64,000 bases of DNA from Bordetella parapertussis. GTDB taxonomy: Bacteria; Pseudomonadota; Gammaproteobacteria; Burkholderiales; SG8-39. Location of the stretch: the NCBI GenBank assembly GCA_945862265.1, contig CAMAXP010000015.1, forward strand, positions 25,384-89,383. Reading direction: 5' to 3'. A model generated the notes under the pieces. The model was not told the origin of the DNA. It saw nothing but the letters and a program-made list of their open reading frames with translations, and ran no database searches. Shown in pieces: positions 10,199 through 18,014 of this stretch (its first letter is position 1; each line of letters starts with the position of its first letter). The translations under genes were made by a program, and so were the position numbers.

Positions 10199-11073
10199 TC
10201 GACTACGCAAAACTCAAGGCACGGCCCTTTCCCGACACGGTGCAGACGTACACCGCCAAGGACACCATGCTCTACGCGCTGGGCCTGGGCTACGGCCACG
10301 ACCCGATGGACGAGCAGCAACTGCAGTTCGTCTACGAGAAGAACCTGAAATCGCTGCCCACGATGGCCGTGGTGATCGGCTACCCCGGCTTCTGGATGAA
10401 GAACCCCGACTCCGGCATCGACTGGGTGAGGCTGGTGCACGGCGAGCAGTCCCTGACCGTCCACAAACCGCTGCCCATCGCCGGCACGGTCATCGGCACC
10501 AACCGGATCACGGCAGTGGTCGACAAGGGCCAGGGCAAAGGCGCGCTGGTGTACCAAGAGCGCACGCTGACCGACAAGGCCACCGGGGACCTGCTCGCCA
10601 CCATCAACCACCTGACCTTCTGCCGCGCAGATGGCGGCTTCAGCGAGCAACCTGGCAACGGCCCCAAGGGCGGCGACCCGATGCCCGCGCCCAAGCCCGC
10701 AGTGCCGGACACTGCGCCGCAGCTGGTCTGCGACCTGCCCACGCTGCCGCAGGCGGCCCTGATCTATCGACTCTGCGCGGACGACAACCCGCTGCACGCC
10801 GAACCCGCCGTGGCCAAGGCCGCCGGGTTCCACCAGCCTATCCTGCACGGCTTGGCGACCTATGGCGTCGCCGGCCACGCGCTCCTCAAGACCTGCTGCG
10901 ACTACGACCCCACGCGCCTGAAATCGCTGTCGGTGCGGTTCTCCTCGCCCGTGTTCCCCGGCGAGACCATCCGCACCGAGATCTGGCGCGAAGGAAACTG
11001 CGTGCAGTTCCGCGCCCGCTCCGTGCAGCGCGACATCGTGGTGCTGTCGCACGGCACGGCTGAGATCGGGTAA
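10195..11073 (+). CDS. MaoC-like (R)-specific enoyl-CoA hydratase, double hot-dog hydratase-2 type
   Basis: N-terminal ...YTAKDTMLYALGLGYG... and C-terminal ...YRLCADDNPLHAEPAVAKAAGFHQPILHGLATYG... hot-dog motifs. The GTG start overlaps the SDR stop (GTGA). Confidence 0.9.
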   Translation: MIDYAKLKARPFPDTVQTYTAKDTMLYALGLGYGHDPMDEQQLQFVYEKNLKSLPTMAVVIGYPGFWMKNPDSGIDWVRLVHGEQSLTVHKPLPIAGTVIGTNRITAVVDKGQGKGALVYQERTLTDKATGDLLATINHLTFCRADGGFSEQPGNGPKGGDPMPAPKPAVPDTAPQLVCDLPTLPQAALIYRLCADDNPLHAEPAVAKAAGFHQPILHGLATYGVAGHALLKTCCDYDPTRLKSLSVRFSSPVFPGETIRTEIWREGNCVQFRARSVQRDIVVLSHGTAEIG

Positions 11074-11085
11074 AAGCCCAGCTTC

Positions 11086-12045
11086 ATGCGGGTGTTGATG
11101 CTCGGGACCGGTGCGTTGGGCGGATTGTTCGCCCACCACCTCCTGCTTGGCGGCGCGGAAGTCTGCGCGCTCGACATCTGGCAGGAGCACGTCGAGGCAA
11201 TCTCCCGCGACGGCCTGCGCCTCCAGGTCGACGGCCGGGAGATCGTGTCGCCGCTCAGGCGCGCCACGACCTCGCCTCAGGACGCAGGCATCGCAGACCT
11301 GGTCGTGCTTTTCGTGAAGGGCTACGACTCACGCGAGGCGCTCGCCTCCGTACGCCCTGCCGTCGCGCCGCATACGGCCTTCGTGACGCTGCAAAACGGG
11401 TTGGGCAACCCACAACTCGTCCGCGAAATGTTTCCCGCAAACCCTGTGCTGTTCGGGCTGACCACGCTTACGAGCGATGTGCTCGGTCCGGGCCGGATCG
11501 AACCGCGCTCCACGGCCTCCGGCGTGACCGATGTCTGGGCACTCGATGCCGGCGACACCGCGCCCCTGCAGTCGTTCGTTGCCCTGCTCAACCGCGGCGG
11601 CATCAGCGCGCGCGTAAATCCCCAGATCGAGCTCAGCGTCTGGAAAAAACTGGTCGTGAACTGCGCGCTGAACGGGTTGTGCGCGGTCACGGACCTCAAC
11701 TGCGGCCAGATGGATGACGAGGAAGCCATGCGCCAAGTGCTCGACGGCATTGCCGACGAGGTCTCGCTGCTGGCACGCAGCAAGGGTATAGCCCTCGACG
11801 CGGCGCTCGCTCGCAGCTTCCTCAAGGAAGTCACCGAAGCCTCGCGCGAGCACTATCCATCAATGGTGTACGACGTCCGCCGCCGCCGGCGAACGGAAAT
11901 CGAGAACATGAACGGCGCGATCGTTCGCGAATCCGAGCAGCGCGGGCTGGCTGCCCCGTTCAACCGTGTGGTGTACGGATTGGTCCGGGCCGTGGAGGGC
12001 AGCTATACGTCAACGCGAGCTCGCCACCCGGCCGAATTCGGGTGA
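11086..12045 (+). CDS. Ketopantoate reductase (PanE/ApbA) family oxidoreductase
   Basis: MRVLMLGTGALGGLFA Rossmann N-terminus, ...LQNGLGN..., and C-terminal ...YPSMVYDVRRRRRTEIENMNGAIV... typical of the family. Its role as a true PanE is not implied. Confidence 0.85.
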   Translation: MRVLMLGTGALGGLFAHHLLLGGAEVCALDIWQEHVEAISRDGLRLQVDGREIVSPLRRATTSPQDAGIADLVVLFVKGYDSREALASVRPAVAPHTAFVTLQNGLGNPQLVREMFPANPVLFGLTTLTSDVLGPGRIEPRSTASGVTDVWALDAGDTAPLQSFVALLNRGGISARVNPQIELSVWKKLVVNCALNGLCAVTDLNCGQMDDEEAMRQVLDGIADEVSLLARSKGIALDAALARSFLKEVTEASREHYPSMVYDVRRRRRTEIENMNGAIVRESEQRGLAAPFNRVVYGLVRAVEGSYTSTRARHPAEFG

Positions 12046-12108
12046 CGCGCAAGATCCACCTCACTACGTTCCATTAGAATCGGACCATGGGCGGTTTCAG
12101 GGAATTCG

Positions 12109-12243
12109 ATGCGTAAGGCACTACTCCTCGCGGTCGGCGCGTCGCTGTTGATGGCGTTCGTGCTCGGCGCCCTGCTCCTCAAGAGCGAGAAGGCGCCGCC
12201 CGAGCCCGCTGCCCGCAACAGCGCCAACAAGCCTTGCCTGTAG
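12109..12243 (+). pseudogene. 44-codon relic copy of the 5' end of the dsbA-like gene at 13906
   Basis: MRKALLLAVGASLLMAFVLGALLLKSEKAPPEPAARNSANKPCL* matches MRKPLLFAAGAVLLLAFVLGALLLKSEKVPPEPTAHNSAN... of the intact gene. At the DNA level a 72-bp block differs by only 3 mismatches. Confidence 0.65.
12157..12228. repeat. Direct repeat copy A (72 bp, 69/72 identical to 13954-14025)
   Basis: Aligned by eye: ttcgtgctcggcgccctgctcctcaagagcgagaagg[c/t]gccgcccgagccc[g/a]ctgccc[g/a]caacagcgccaac. Confidence 0.9.
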
Positions 12244-12288
12244 ACGCTCCCGGGGGAGTTTTTATGCGCGAAATGGAAACTCCTTGAG

Positions 12289-13029
12289 ATGCCCGGCTGG
12301 CGCAGCCTCTCGCTCCCCGCCCTTGCGCTGGCCGTGGGCGTGGCGGCCTGGACCGACGGCGATACGCCGGCTCTGGCGATCTGCGCCCTGAGCTTCTGGC
12401 ACTACTACCTGTACTGGCTGGCCTACCGCTACGGCGCGGTTCCGATGGCCGATTTCCAGCGTGACGCAGTCGCCGCCAAGACCGTCTCACTCCTTGCGCT
12501 CGGGTATGCCTACTTCACCGCGCCGCTGGACTTAGTCTCGCTGGCCGTGGTCGGAGGGGGATTCCTCCTGAATGCCGTGGCCGCCCGCGCCCTCGGTCGG
12601 GATCGAACCTACTATGGCTACGAACTCGGTGGCGTGCCGCAACAGCACGTCGCGGCCTTCCCATACTCCTGGATCCCGCATCCCATGCTGCTGGGAAACA
12701 TGGCCGCTTTCGGCGGCACGCTGCTCAACGCGGGATTCTGTGAGCAGTGGTGGCCCCTGGCCGGCGCCCACGTGGCCCTGAACCTGGGGTTGCTGGTCAT
12801 GGAGGCGGTGGTCACACCCCTGCGCGGTACGGTGCCCCCCGCTACGCGCCATCCCCTGCCGGCGACCGGCCTGGCTGCGGCCGCGGGAGCGGCGGCCGGC
12901 GCGGCGGGCGCGTCCCTGGCGGACGCCGCCCTCTGGACCGGGGCGGTCGTCGGCGCGGCCGCAGGCGCACATGCAACTGTCATGTACTTCTGGTATTCCT
13001 CGCCGCCATCGAAAGGAGGAATCCCATGA
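12289..13029 (+). CDS. Polytopic membrane protein, PEMT/ICMT-like phospholipid methyltransferase family (tentative)
   Basis: Several hydrophobic segments. The motif TYYGYELGGVPQQHVAAFPYSWIPHPMLLGNMAAFGG resembles the PEMT signature (GDYFG...V..FPF....NPMY.G). The C-terminal tail is Ala/Gly-rich. GC3 is high. Confidence 0.55.
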   Translation: MPGWRSLSLPALALAVGVAAWTDGDTPALAICALSFWHYYLYWLAYRYGAVPMADFQRDAVAAKTVSLLALGYAYFTAPLDLVSLAVVGGGFLLNAVAARALGRDRTYYGYELGGVPQQHVAAFPYSWIPHPMLLGNMAAFGGTLLNAGFCEQWWPLAGAHVALNLGLLVMEAVVTPLRGTVPPATRHPLPATGLAAAAGAAAGAAGASLADAALWTGAVVGAAAGAHATVMYFWYSSPPSKGGIP

Positions 13030-13874
13030 GTGATGCAGCGCGACTCGACAAGGTGGACACTTACCCGGCAGGACGCCCGAAAGCAATGAAGCGATTCCCG
13101 GCCACTTTAGGCCGGTTCAACACCCCTGAAGCCCGCGCGACCATGGACGCCTTGGTGGCGTGGATCGAGGAGTGCTACCGGGAAGACCTCCTGCTGCGGC
13201 CCTCGAAGCACGTCTATGTCCGCAAACTGCCCGCCGAAGTCATCGCGCAGGTCGACCGGCTGCGCAACAGCGACGTGATCCGGGACGCCATCCTCGGGCA
13301 GTTCGACCCCGACAGCGTGATTACTCCGATGCCGCACACCGACGAACTGTATCTCTCCCACTACAACAAGGACTTCGGCGGCGACCAGGGGCTCTACAGC
13401 AAGCACTACGACGGCAACCTGCGCTTCGTCCCCCTCGGCGCCGTCGTCCGCGCGCTGATCTACCTGCAGTCCGACGCGACCTACAAGGTGGTCTTCGGCG
13501 ACAGCAAGGTCGAGAAGGCGTTCACGACCTACGAGTTCGGGTTGCTCGACTTCCACCGCGAGTTGCACTGGGTCGAAGGCGAGTACAACCCCGACGACCA
13601 GCAGCGCATCCTGCTCAAGTGCAACTACATGATCGCCCCGCGCAACGCAGGCTTCCTCGCCCGCGCCGTACTCGCCGCCAACACCGGCGTGTTCTACGTG
13701 GTGAAGGCGGCGATGGAGTACTCCAAGAGCCCGAAGAACCCGCTGCAGGTCTTCGTGGGCCTGCTGTGCAACGTGTTCCGTGTACTGAACAACGTCCACC
13801 CGCTCGTTCCGCTCGCGTTGATCGCCGCGGTCGTGGCCGGACTGTGCTGGGGGATGGGGCGCCTGCTAAGCTAG
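13026..13874 (+). CDS. Uncharacterised 282-aa protein with C-terminal hydrophobic segments
   Basis: ATG 13026 overlaps the upstream stop (ATGA). GC3 is high throughout. I recognise no family. A possible H-x-D...H arrangement (KHYDGN ... FHRELHWVEG) is present, and the C-terminal stretches FLARAVLAANTGVFYVV and LVPLALIAAVVAGLCWGMG are hydrophobic. Confidence 0.7.
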   Translation: MSDAARLDKVDTYPAGRPKAMKRFPATLGRFNTPEARATMDALVAWIEECYREDLLLRPSKHVYVRKLPAEVIAQVDRLRNSDVIRDAILGQFDPDSVITPMPHTDELYLSHYNKDFGGDQGLYSKHYDGNLRFVPLGAVVRALIYLQSDATYKVVFGDSKVEKAFTTYEFGLLDFHRELHWVEGEYNPDDQQRILLKCNYMIAPRNAGFLARAVLAANTGVFYVVKAAMEYSKSPKNPLQVFVGLLCNVFRVLNNVHPLVPLALIAAVVAGLCWGMGRLLS

Positions 13875-13905
13875 CCGCCCATGATCTGCGATTCCTGGAA
13901 AATTG

Positions 13906-14550
13906 ATGCGCAAGCCACTGCTCTTCGCCGCCGGCGCTGTCCTGCTGCTCGCCTTCGTGCTCGGCGCCCTGCTCCTCAAGAGCGAGAAGGTGCCGCCCGA
14001 GCCCACTGCCCACAACAGCGCCAACCTCGTGCGCATGCATTCGCCCACGCTGGGCAACGCCGATGCGCCGGTCGTGATCGTGGAGTTCCTCGATCCCGCC
14101 TGCGAAACCTGCAAGGCGTTCTACCCCGTGGTCAAGAAGCTGATGCAGGACAACCCCGGCCGGATCCGGCTGGTGCTGCGCTACGCCCCCTTCCACAAGG
14201 GCTCCGACAAGGTGGTTGCGATGCTGGAAGGCGCGCGCAAACAGGGCAAGTTCTGGCCCGCTCTGGAAGCCCTGCTGGCGACGCAGGCCGACTGGGCGCC
14301 GCATCACACGGCCCAGCCGGACCTGGCCTGGCGGCACTTGGAGGGCCTGGGCCTGGACCTCGCGCAGGTGCGTGCAGACATGGCCTCCCCCGGCGTCGCC
14401 CAGGTGATCGCCCAGGACCTGGCCGACAGCCGGGCGCTCGACGTCACCATGACCCCGGAGTTTTTCGTCAACGGCCAGCCGCTGCCCAGTTTCGGCTACG
14501 AGCAGCTGCGCAAGCAGGTCGAAGCGGCGCTCGCCGCGTCCCGCCGCTAG
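13906..14550 (+). CDS. DsbA-family thiol:disulfide oxidoreductase, N-terminally membrane-anchored
   Basis: The N-terminal anchor LLFAAGAVLLLAFVLGALLL is followed by a thioredoxin-fold region with the CxxC motif (FLDPACETCKAFYP). The tail is ...TPEFFVNGQPL.... Confidence 0.85.
   Translation: MRKPLLFAAGAVLLLAFVLGALLLKSEKVPPEPTAHNSANLVRMHSPTLGNADAPVVIVEFLDPACETCKAFYPVVKKLMQDNPGRIRLVLRYAPFHKGSDKVVAMLEGARKQGKFWPALEALLATQADWAPHHTAQPDLAWRHLEGLGLDLAQVRADMASPGVAQVIAQDLADSRALDVTMTPEFFVNGQPLPSFGYEQLRKQVEAALAASRR
13954..14025. repeat. Direct repeat copy B (inside the intact dsbA-like gene)
   Basis: See copy A at 12157-12228. Confidence 0.9.
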
Positions 14551-14552
14551 CC

Positions 14553-14681
14553 GTGGACATCGAACGCTTCAAGCTGCAGGACGACATCACGCTCACCTAC
14601 GAGGTGCTGGAGGCGAAGTTCGAGCAAGAGCTCTGCCGCGTATGCCGCCTCTGGTGGCAAAGCCTGCCGGTCGCACCATGA
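14553..14681 (+). CDS. Candidate 42-codon ORF or gene-fragment remnant
   Basis: GTG 14553, 2 nt after the dsbA-like stop. The product is VDIERFKLQDDITLTYEVLEAKFEQELCRVCRLWWQSLPVAP*. GC3 is high in this frame, and it forms the tail of a longer, implausible track ORF (13881-14681). Confidence 0.25.
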   Translation: MDIERFKLQDDITLTYEVLEAKFEQELCRVCRLWWQSLPVAP

Positions 14682-14715
14682 CCGCTTACGTTCAAACTTC
14701 GGAGCAGCCCAAGCC

Positions 14716-16221
14716 ATGGCCCGCATAGCAATCGGTGGCTTTCACCACGAAACCAACTGCTTTGTCGACTCGCGCACCGACTTCGCCTATTTCGCCTCCC
14801 ACCGCGACCGGCCGCCTCTCGTGTATGCCGAAGACATCGTCAAGTGGCTCACCGGGACCACATTCGCCATGGCCGGGTTCATGCAGGACATGCAGTCGCG
14901 CCACATGCTGGTGCCCCTGCTGTGGACCAGCGGGGGAGCGGGCGGCATGGTGACCCGCGACGCCTTCGAGCGCATCGCCTGCAGCCTGGTGGGCTGCCTG
15001 TCGCAGGCCATGCCGGTGGACGCGGTGTACCTGGACCTGCATGGCGCGATGGTCACGGAGGACTTCGAGGACGGCGAGGGTGAACTCCTGCGCCGCGTGC
15101 GCGCAGCGGTCGGACCCGGCGTCCCCGTCGCGGTCAGCCTGGACTACCACGCCAACGTCACGCCCCAGATGGTCGAGTTCTCGGATGCGATGATCGCGTA
15201 TCGCACCTATCCCCACGTAGATCGCGTTGAGACTGGCCAATACGCGGCCAAGGCGACGGAGGCCCTCCTCGAACGAGGGCGGCCCGTGGGCCGGGCACTG
15301 CGCAAAGCCCCCTTCCTGATCCCGCTGAACGGACAGTGCACCCTCGTCGAGCCGTCGCAGGGCATCGTCGCGCACTCGCACGTCGTTGAGGACGGGCTGG
15401 TCAACCTGTCCTACTTGGCGGGCTTCCCGCCCTCAGACCTGCACTGGTGCGGCCCGTCGGTGGTCGCCCACGCTTGGACCCAGGCCGCTGCCGATGACGC
15501 TGCGGACCGAATGCTGGAGGCAATCGTCGCGGAGGAAGCGAACTTCGCGGAAACGATGGTCACTCCCGAAGAAGGCGTGGCGCGGGCGATTCGCACGGCG
15601 CGCACCGCGGCCCGTCCGGTGGTCCTCGCGGACACTCAGGACAATCCCGGTTGCGGCGGTACCGCCGATGCAACCGGCCTGCTCAAGGCACTGGTGTCGG
15701 CCGATGCGCAAGGTGCGGTCCTGGGCTTCCTGTGCGACGCGCAGGCGGCTGCTGCGGCACATGCCGCCGGCCAGGGCGCGAAGGTGTCGCTGGCGCTGGG
15801 TGGCCGCTCCGGTCCGGCGGGTGTGACACCGATGGAAGCGGAGTTCACGGTGACGCGACTCGGCGACGGCCGGTTCAGGACCGACGGTGCGGTATCGGGC
15901 GGCAGGGACATCGATGTCGGCCCCATGGCCCTGCTCACGCTGGGTGGCGTCAGCATTGCAGTGACCAGCAAGCGCCTGCAAGCCTACGACCAGGCGGGGT
16001 TTCGCCACGTCGGCATCGAACCGTCGGCGCAGAAGATCCTCGCGCTGAAAAGCACCTGCCACTATCGGGCGGAGTTCGAGCCGATCGCCGAGGAAGTGAT
16101 CGTAGTGCTGGCGCCCGGCTACTACCTCGCCGATCCGACCCTCTATCCATTCGCCAGGCTGCGCCCGGGCGTGCGCCTCAAGCCGCTCGGCCAGGTGTTT
16201 GCGGGACCTGTTCGGGCCTAG
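14716..16221 (+). CDS. M81-family metallopeptidase (MlrC/microcystinase C-like, DUF1485)
   Basis: MARIAIGGFHHETNCF...VDAVYLDLHGAMVTE...SLDYHANV...IAYRTYPHVD are characteristic MlrC N-domain motifs. Confidence 0.85.
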   Translation: MARIAIGGFHHETNCFVDSRTDFAYFASHRDRPPLVYAEDIVKWLTGTTFAMAGFMQDMQSRHMLVPLLWTSGGAGGMVTRDAFERIACSLVGCLSQAMPVDAVYLDLHGAMVTEDFEDGEGELLRRVRAAVGPGVPVAVSLDYHANVTPQMVEFSDAMIAYRTYPHVDRVETGQYAAKATEALLERGRPVGRALRKAPFLIPLNGQCTLVEPSQGIVAHSHVVEDGLVNLSYLAGFPPSDLHWCGPSVVAHAWTQAAADDAADRMLEAIVAEEANFAETMVTPEEGVARAIRTARTAARPVVLADTQDNPGCGGTADATGLLKALVSADAQGAVLGFLCDAQAAAAAHAAGQGAKVSLALGGRSGPAGVTPMEAEFTVTRLGDGRFRTDGAVSGGRDIDVGPMALLTLGGVSIAVTSKRLQAYDQAGFRHVGIEPSAQKILALKSTCHYRAEFEPIAEEVIVVLAPGYYLADPTLYPFARLRPGVRLKPLGQVFAGPVRA

Positions 16222-17990
16222 CCCAGTCGCGCCAGCGCGTCGTCGATGATCGCGAGCGCCTCCGCCAGGGTGTCGGAAACACGGTTGCGGTCGCGCACCG
16301 ACTGGGTCTCGAGCATCCAACGCTCCTCGCCTTCGCCAAGCCTGGCCAGGCGCTCGAGGTCGTAGAGTCCCGGAATCATCGTGGTCTGGGGCGTATACCC
16401 ATAGGGGTCGTGCCCGTACTTTCCGATTGCGGAACTCATCAGCGGCACAGTCAACCGGCTGATTCGTTTCATCGCCCGGTTAAGCAGCAACGCCGCCACC
16501 TCATTCCCGGCGCCGCCCTCGAACGCAGCACGCACACCCGCCGCCCTGGCGTCGAATCGCCGCGCGGCCTCGCTGAAGGCCTGTGCGCACTCCAGAACAC
16601 GGGCGAGGCCGACCGACGAGCCGGACTTTTCGAGTTCCTGCAGCCGCTTCACCACCTGCTCGGCGACCGGCAGATACGTGAACGGGAGCACCGGCGCCGT
16701 GCACAGCTCCCACAGGTACGCCGCATAGACGCGCATGTGCGGCTGCATGAAGTCCCAGTCGAGCTTGTCGACGGTGCACTCGATGGAGTGGTGCCACCAG
16801 CCGCGCGTCGCGAGCGCCGTAGCCTTCAGCTCCACCTCGGTGAAGGCGCCCTCGCCCTGGAACATCGGGACACCGATGCCGATGAAAGATGCGTCGCCGC
16901 TCTTGGCCACCCGCTTCCACGAAATCTCGCGCTCGCCGAGGAGGGATCGCTCCTCGCGCTGGTGGAAGCTCTTCAGTTCGGCATTCGAAGTGGTGTGCCA
17001 AATCGTCGTGCCGAAGCACGACGGCTGGTCGATCTGCAGGTAGGCGCAGGCATGGTCGCGCAGCTTGTCCCAGTGGTGGTCCGCGAACCAGGCCGACCCG
17101 GCCATCGTGCCGGTCTCGTGTGCCGTCCAGAACCCGAACAAGAGGCCGCGGCGCAGCTTGCTTTCGTGCTTCTTGAACACGCGTGCGAGCTCGATCATGC
17201 AGGAATTCCCCGCCGCATTGTCGGTCGCCGCCTCTCCCGGCCAGGAGTCCTGGTGCCCGCCGACCATGACGAAGTCGCCGGGCTCAGGGCTGTTCGGGGC
17301 GGGCAGTTCCGCCACCGTGATCTGGACCGGGCGCCAGCCGTTGACCACGTGGGTACGAAACCAAACCTTCACGGGGCCCGCGGCGCACATCTCCTTGAGC
17401 TTCAATCCCGCTACGCGCGCAATGCCTATGCACGGGATGGTCGGCATTTCGTCCTTGAAATTGCCGGGCGTGGGGTTGCCCCAAACCGGCTTGACCGAAC
17501 CGAACGGGACCGCCTCGTTTTCCGGGCCGCCCCAGTTCATCATCACTGCGCCGATGGCACCCTTGATGCCGGCGATGCGCTGCTTCTCGTGCCGCGCAGG
17601 CGAGTAAGACAACTCGGTGAGGACGATCTTGCCGCGTACGTCCACGCCCTCGAAGTCGGCGTAACTCCCCGAGCCCACGTACACCAACTCTCCCGAAAGG
17701 CCCTCGGGCATGGTCTCGAGGCTGTGGCCCAGGGTATTGGCCTGGATCGTGATTGCATTCGGCGACTGGACGCGAAACTCCGCATGTTCCGGGAAGCTGA
17801 CAATGGCGGGCAATTCATGGATGACCGTATCGGCGATGCCGACTTCCAGCATCGCGTCGCGACTGTACTCGGCCATGCGCCGGCCGTTCACGGACCCGGC
17901 CGCGCGATGCGGGATATCGCGAACGATCCTCTCCACGTTGGCGCGCACATGGGCCGCCGAGACTTCCTCGATCACCTGCGCCTTCGACAT
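16218..17990 (-). CDS. M28-family metallopeptidase with PA domain (glutamate carboxypeptidase II-like architecture)
   Basis: PA-domain-like insert (...YVGSGSYADFEGVDVRGKIVLTE...) and zinc-ligand region ...MVGGHQDSWPGEAATDNAAGNSCMIELARV...FGFWTAHETG.... Confidence 0.85.
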   Translation of the reverse strand: MSKAQVIEEVSAAHVRANVERIVRDIPHRAAGSVNGRRMAEYSRDAMLEVGIADTVIHELPAIVSFPEHAEFRVQSPNAITIQANTLGHSLETMPEGLSGELVYVGSGSYADFEGVDVRGKIVLTELSYSPARHEKQRIAGIKGAIGAVMMNWGGPENEAVPFGSVKPVWGNPTPGNFKDEMPTIPCIGIARVAGLKLKEMCAAGPVKVWFRTHVVNGWRPVQITVAELPAPNSPEPGDFVMVGGHQDSWPGEAATDNAAGNSCMIELARVFKKHESKLRRGLLFGFWTAHETGTMAGSAWFADHHWDKLRDHACAYLQIDQPSCFGTTIWHTTSNAELKSFHQREERSLLGEREISWKRVAKSGDASFIGIGVPMFQGEGAFTEVELKATALATRGWWHHSIECTVDKLDWDFMQPHMRVYAAYLWELCTAPVLPFTYLPVAEQVVKRLQELEKSGSSVGLARVLECAQAFSEAARRFDARAAGVRAAFEGGAGNEVAALLLNRAMKRISRLTVPLMSSAIGKYGHDPYGYTPQTTMIPGLYDLERLARLGEGEERWMLETQSVRDRNRVSDTLAEALAIIDDALARLG

Positions 17991-18014
17991 TGTTTCTCCT
18001 TGATTGCCTTCTGG

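Noticed and set aside
12747-13025. The N-terminal 93-codon extension of the 375-aa track ORF, which overlaps the PEMT-like gene.
   Set aside because: The extension is Gly/Arg/Pro-rich and out of frame with a better-supported membrane protein. ATG 13026 with its ATGA coupling gives a sensible start.
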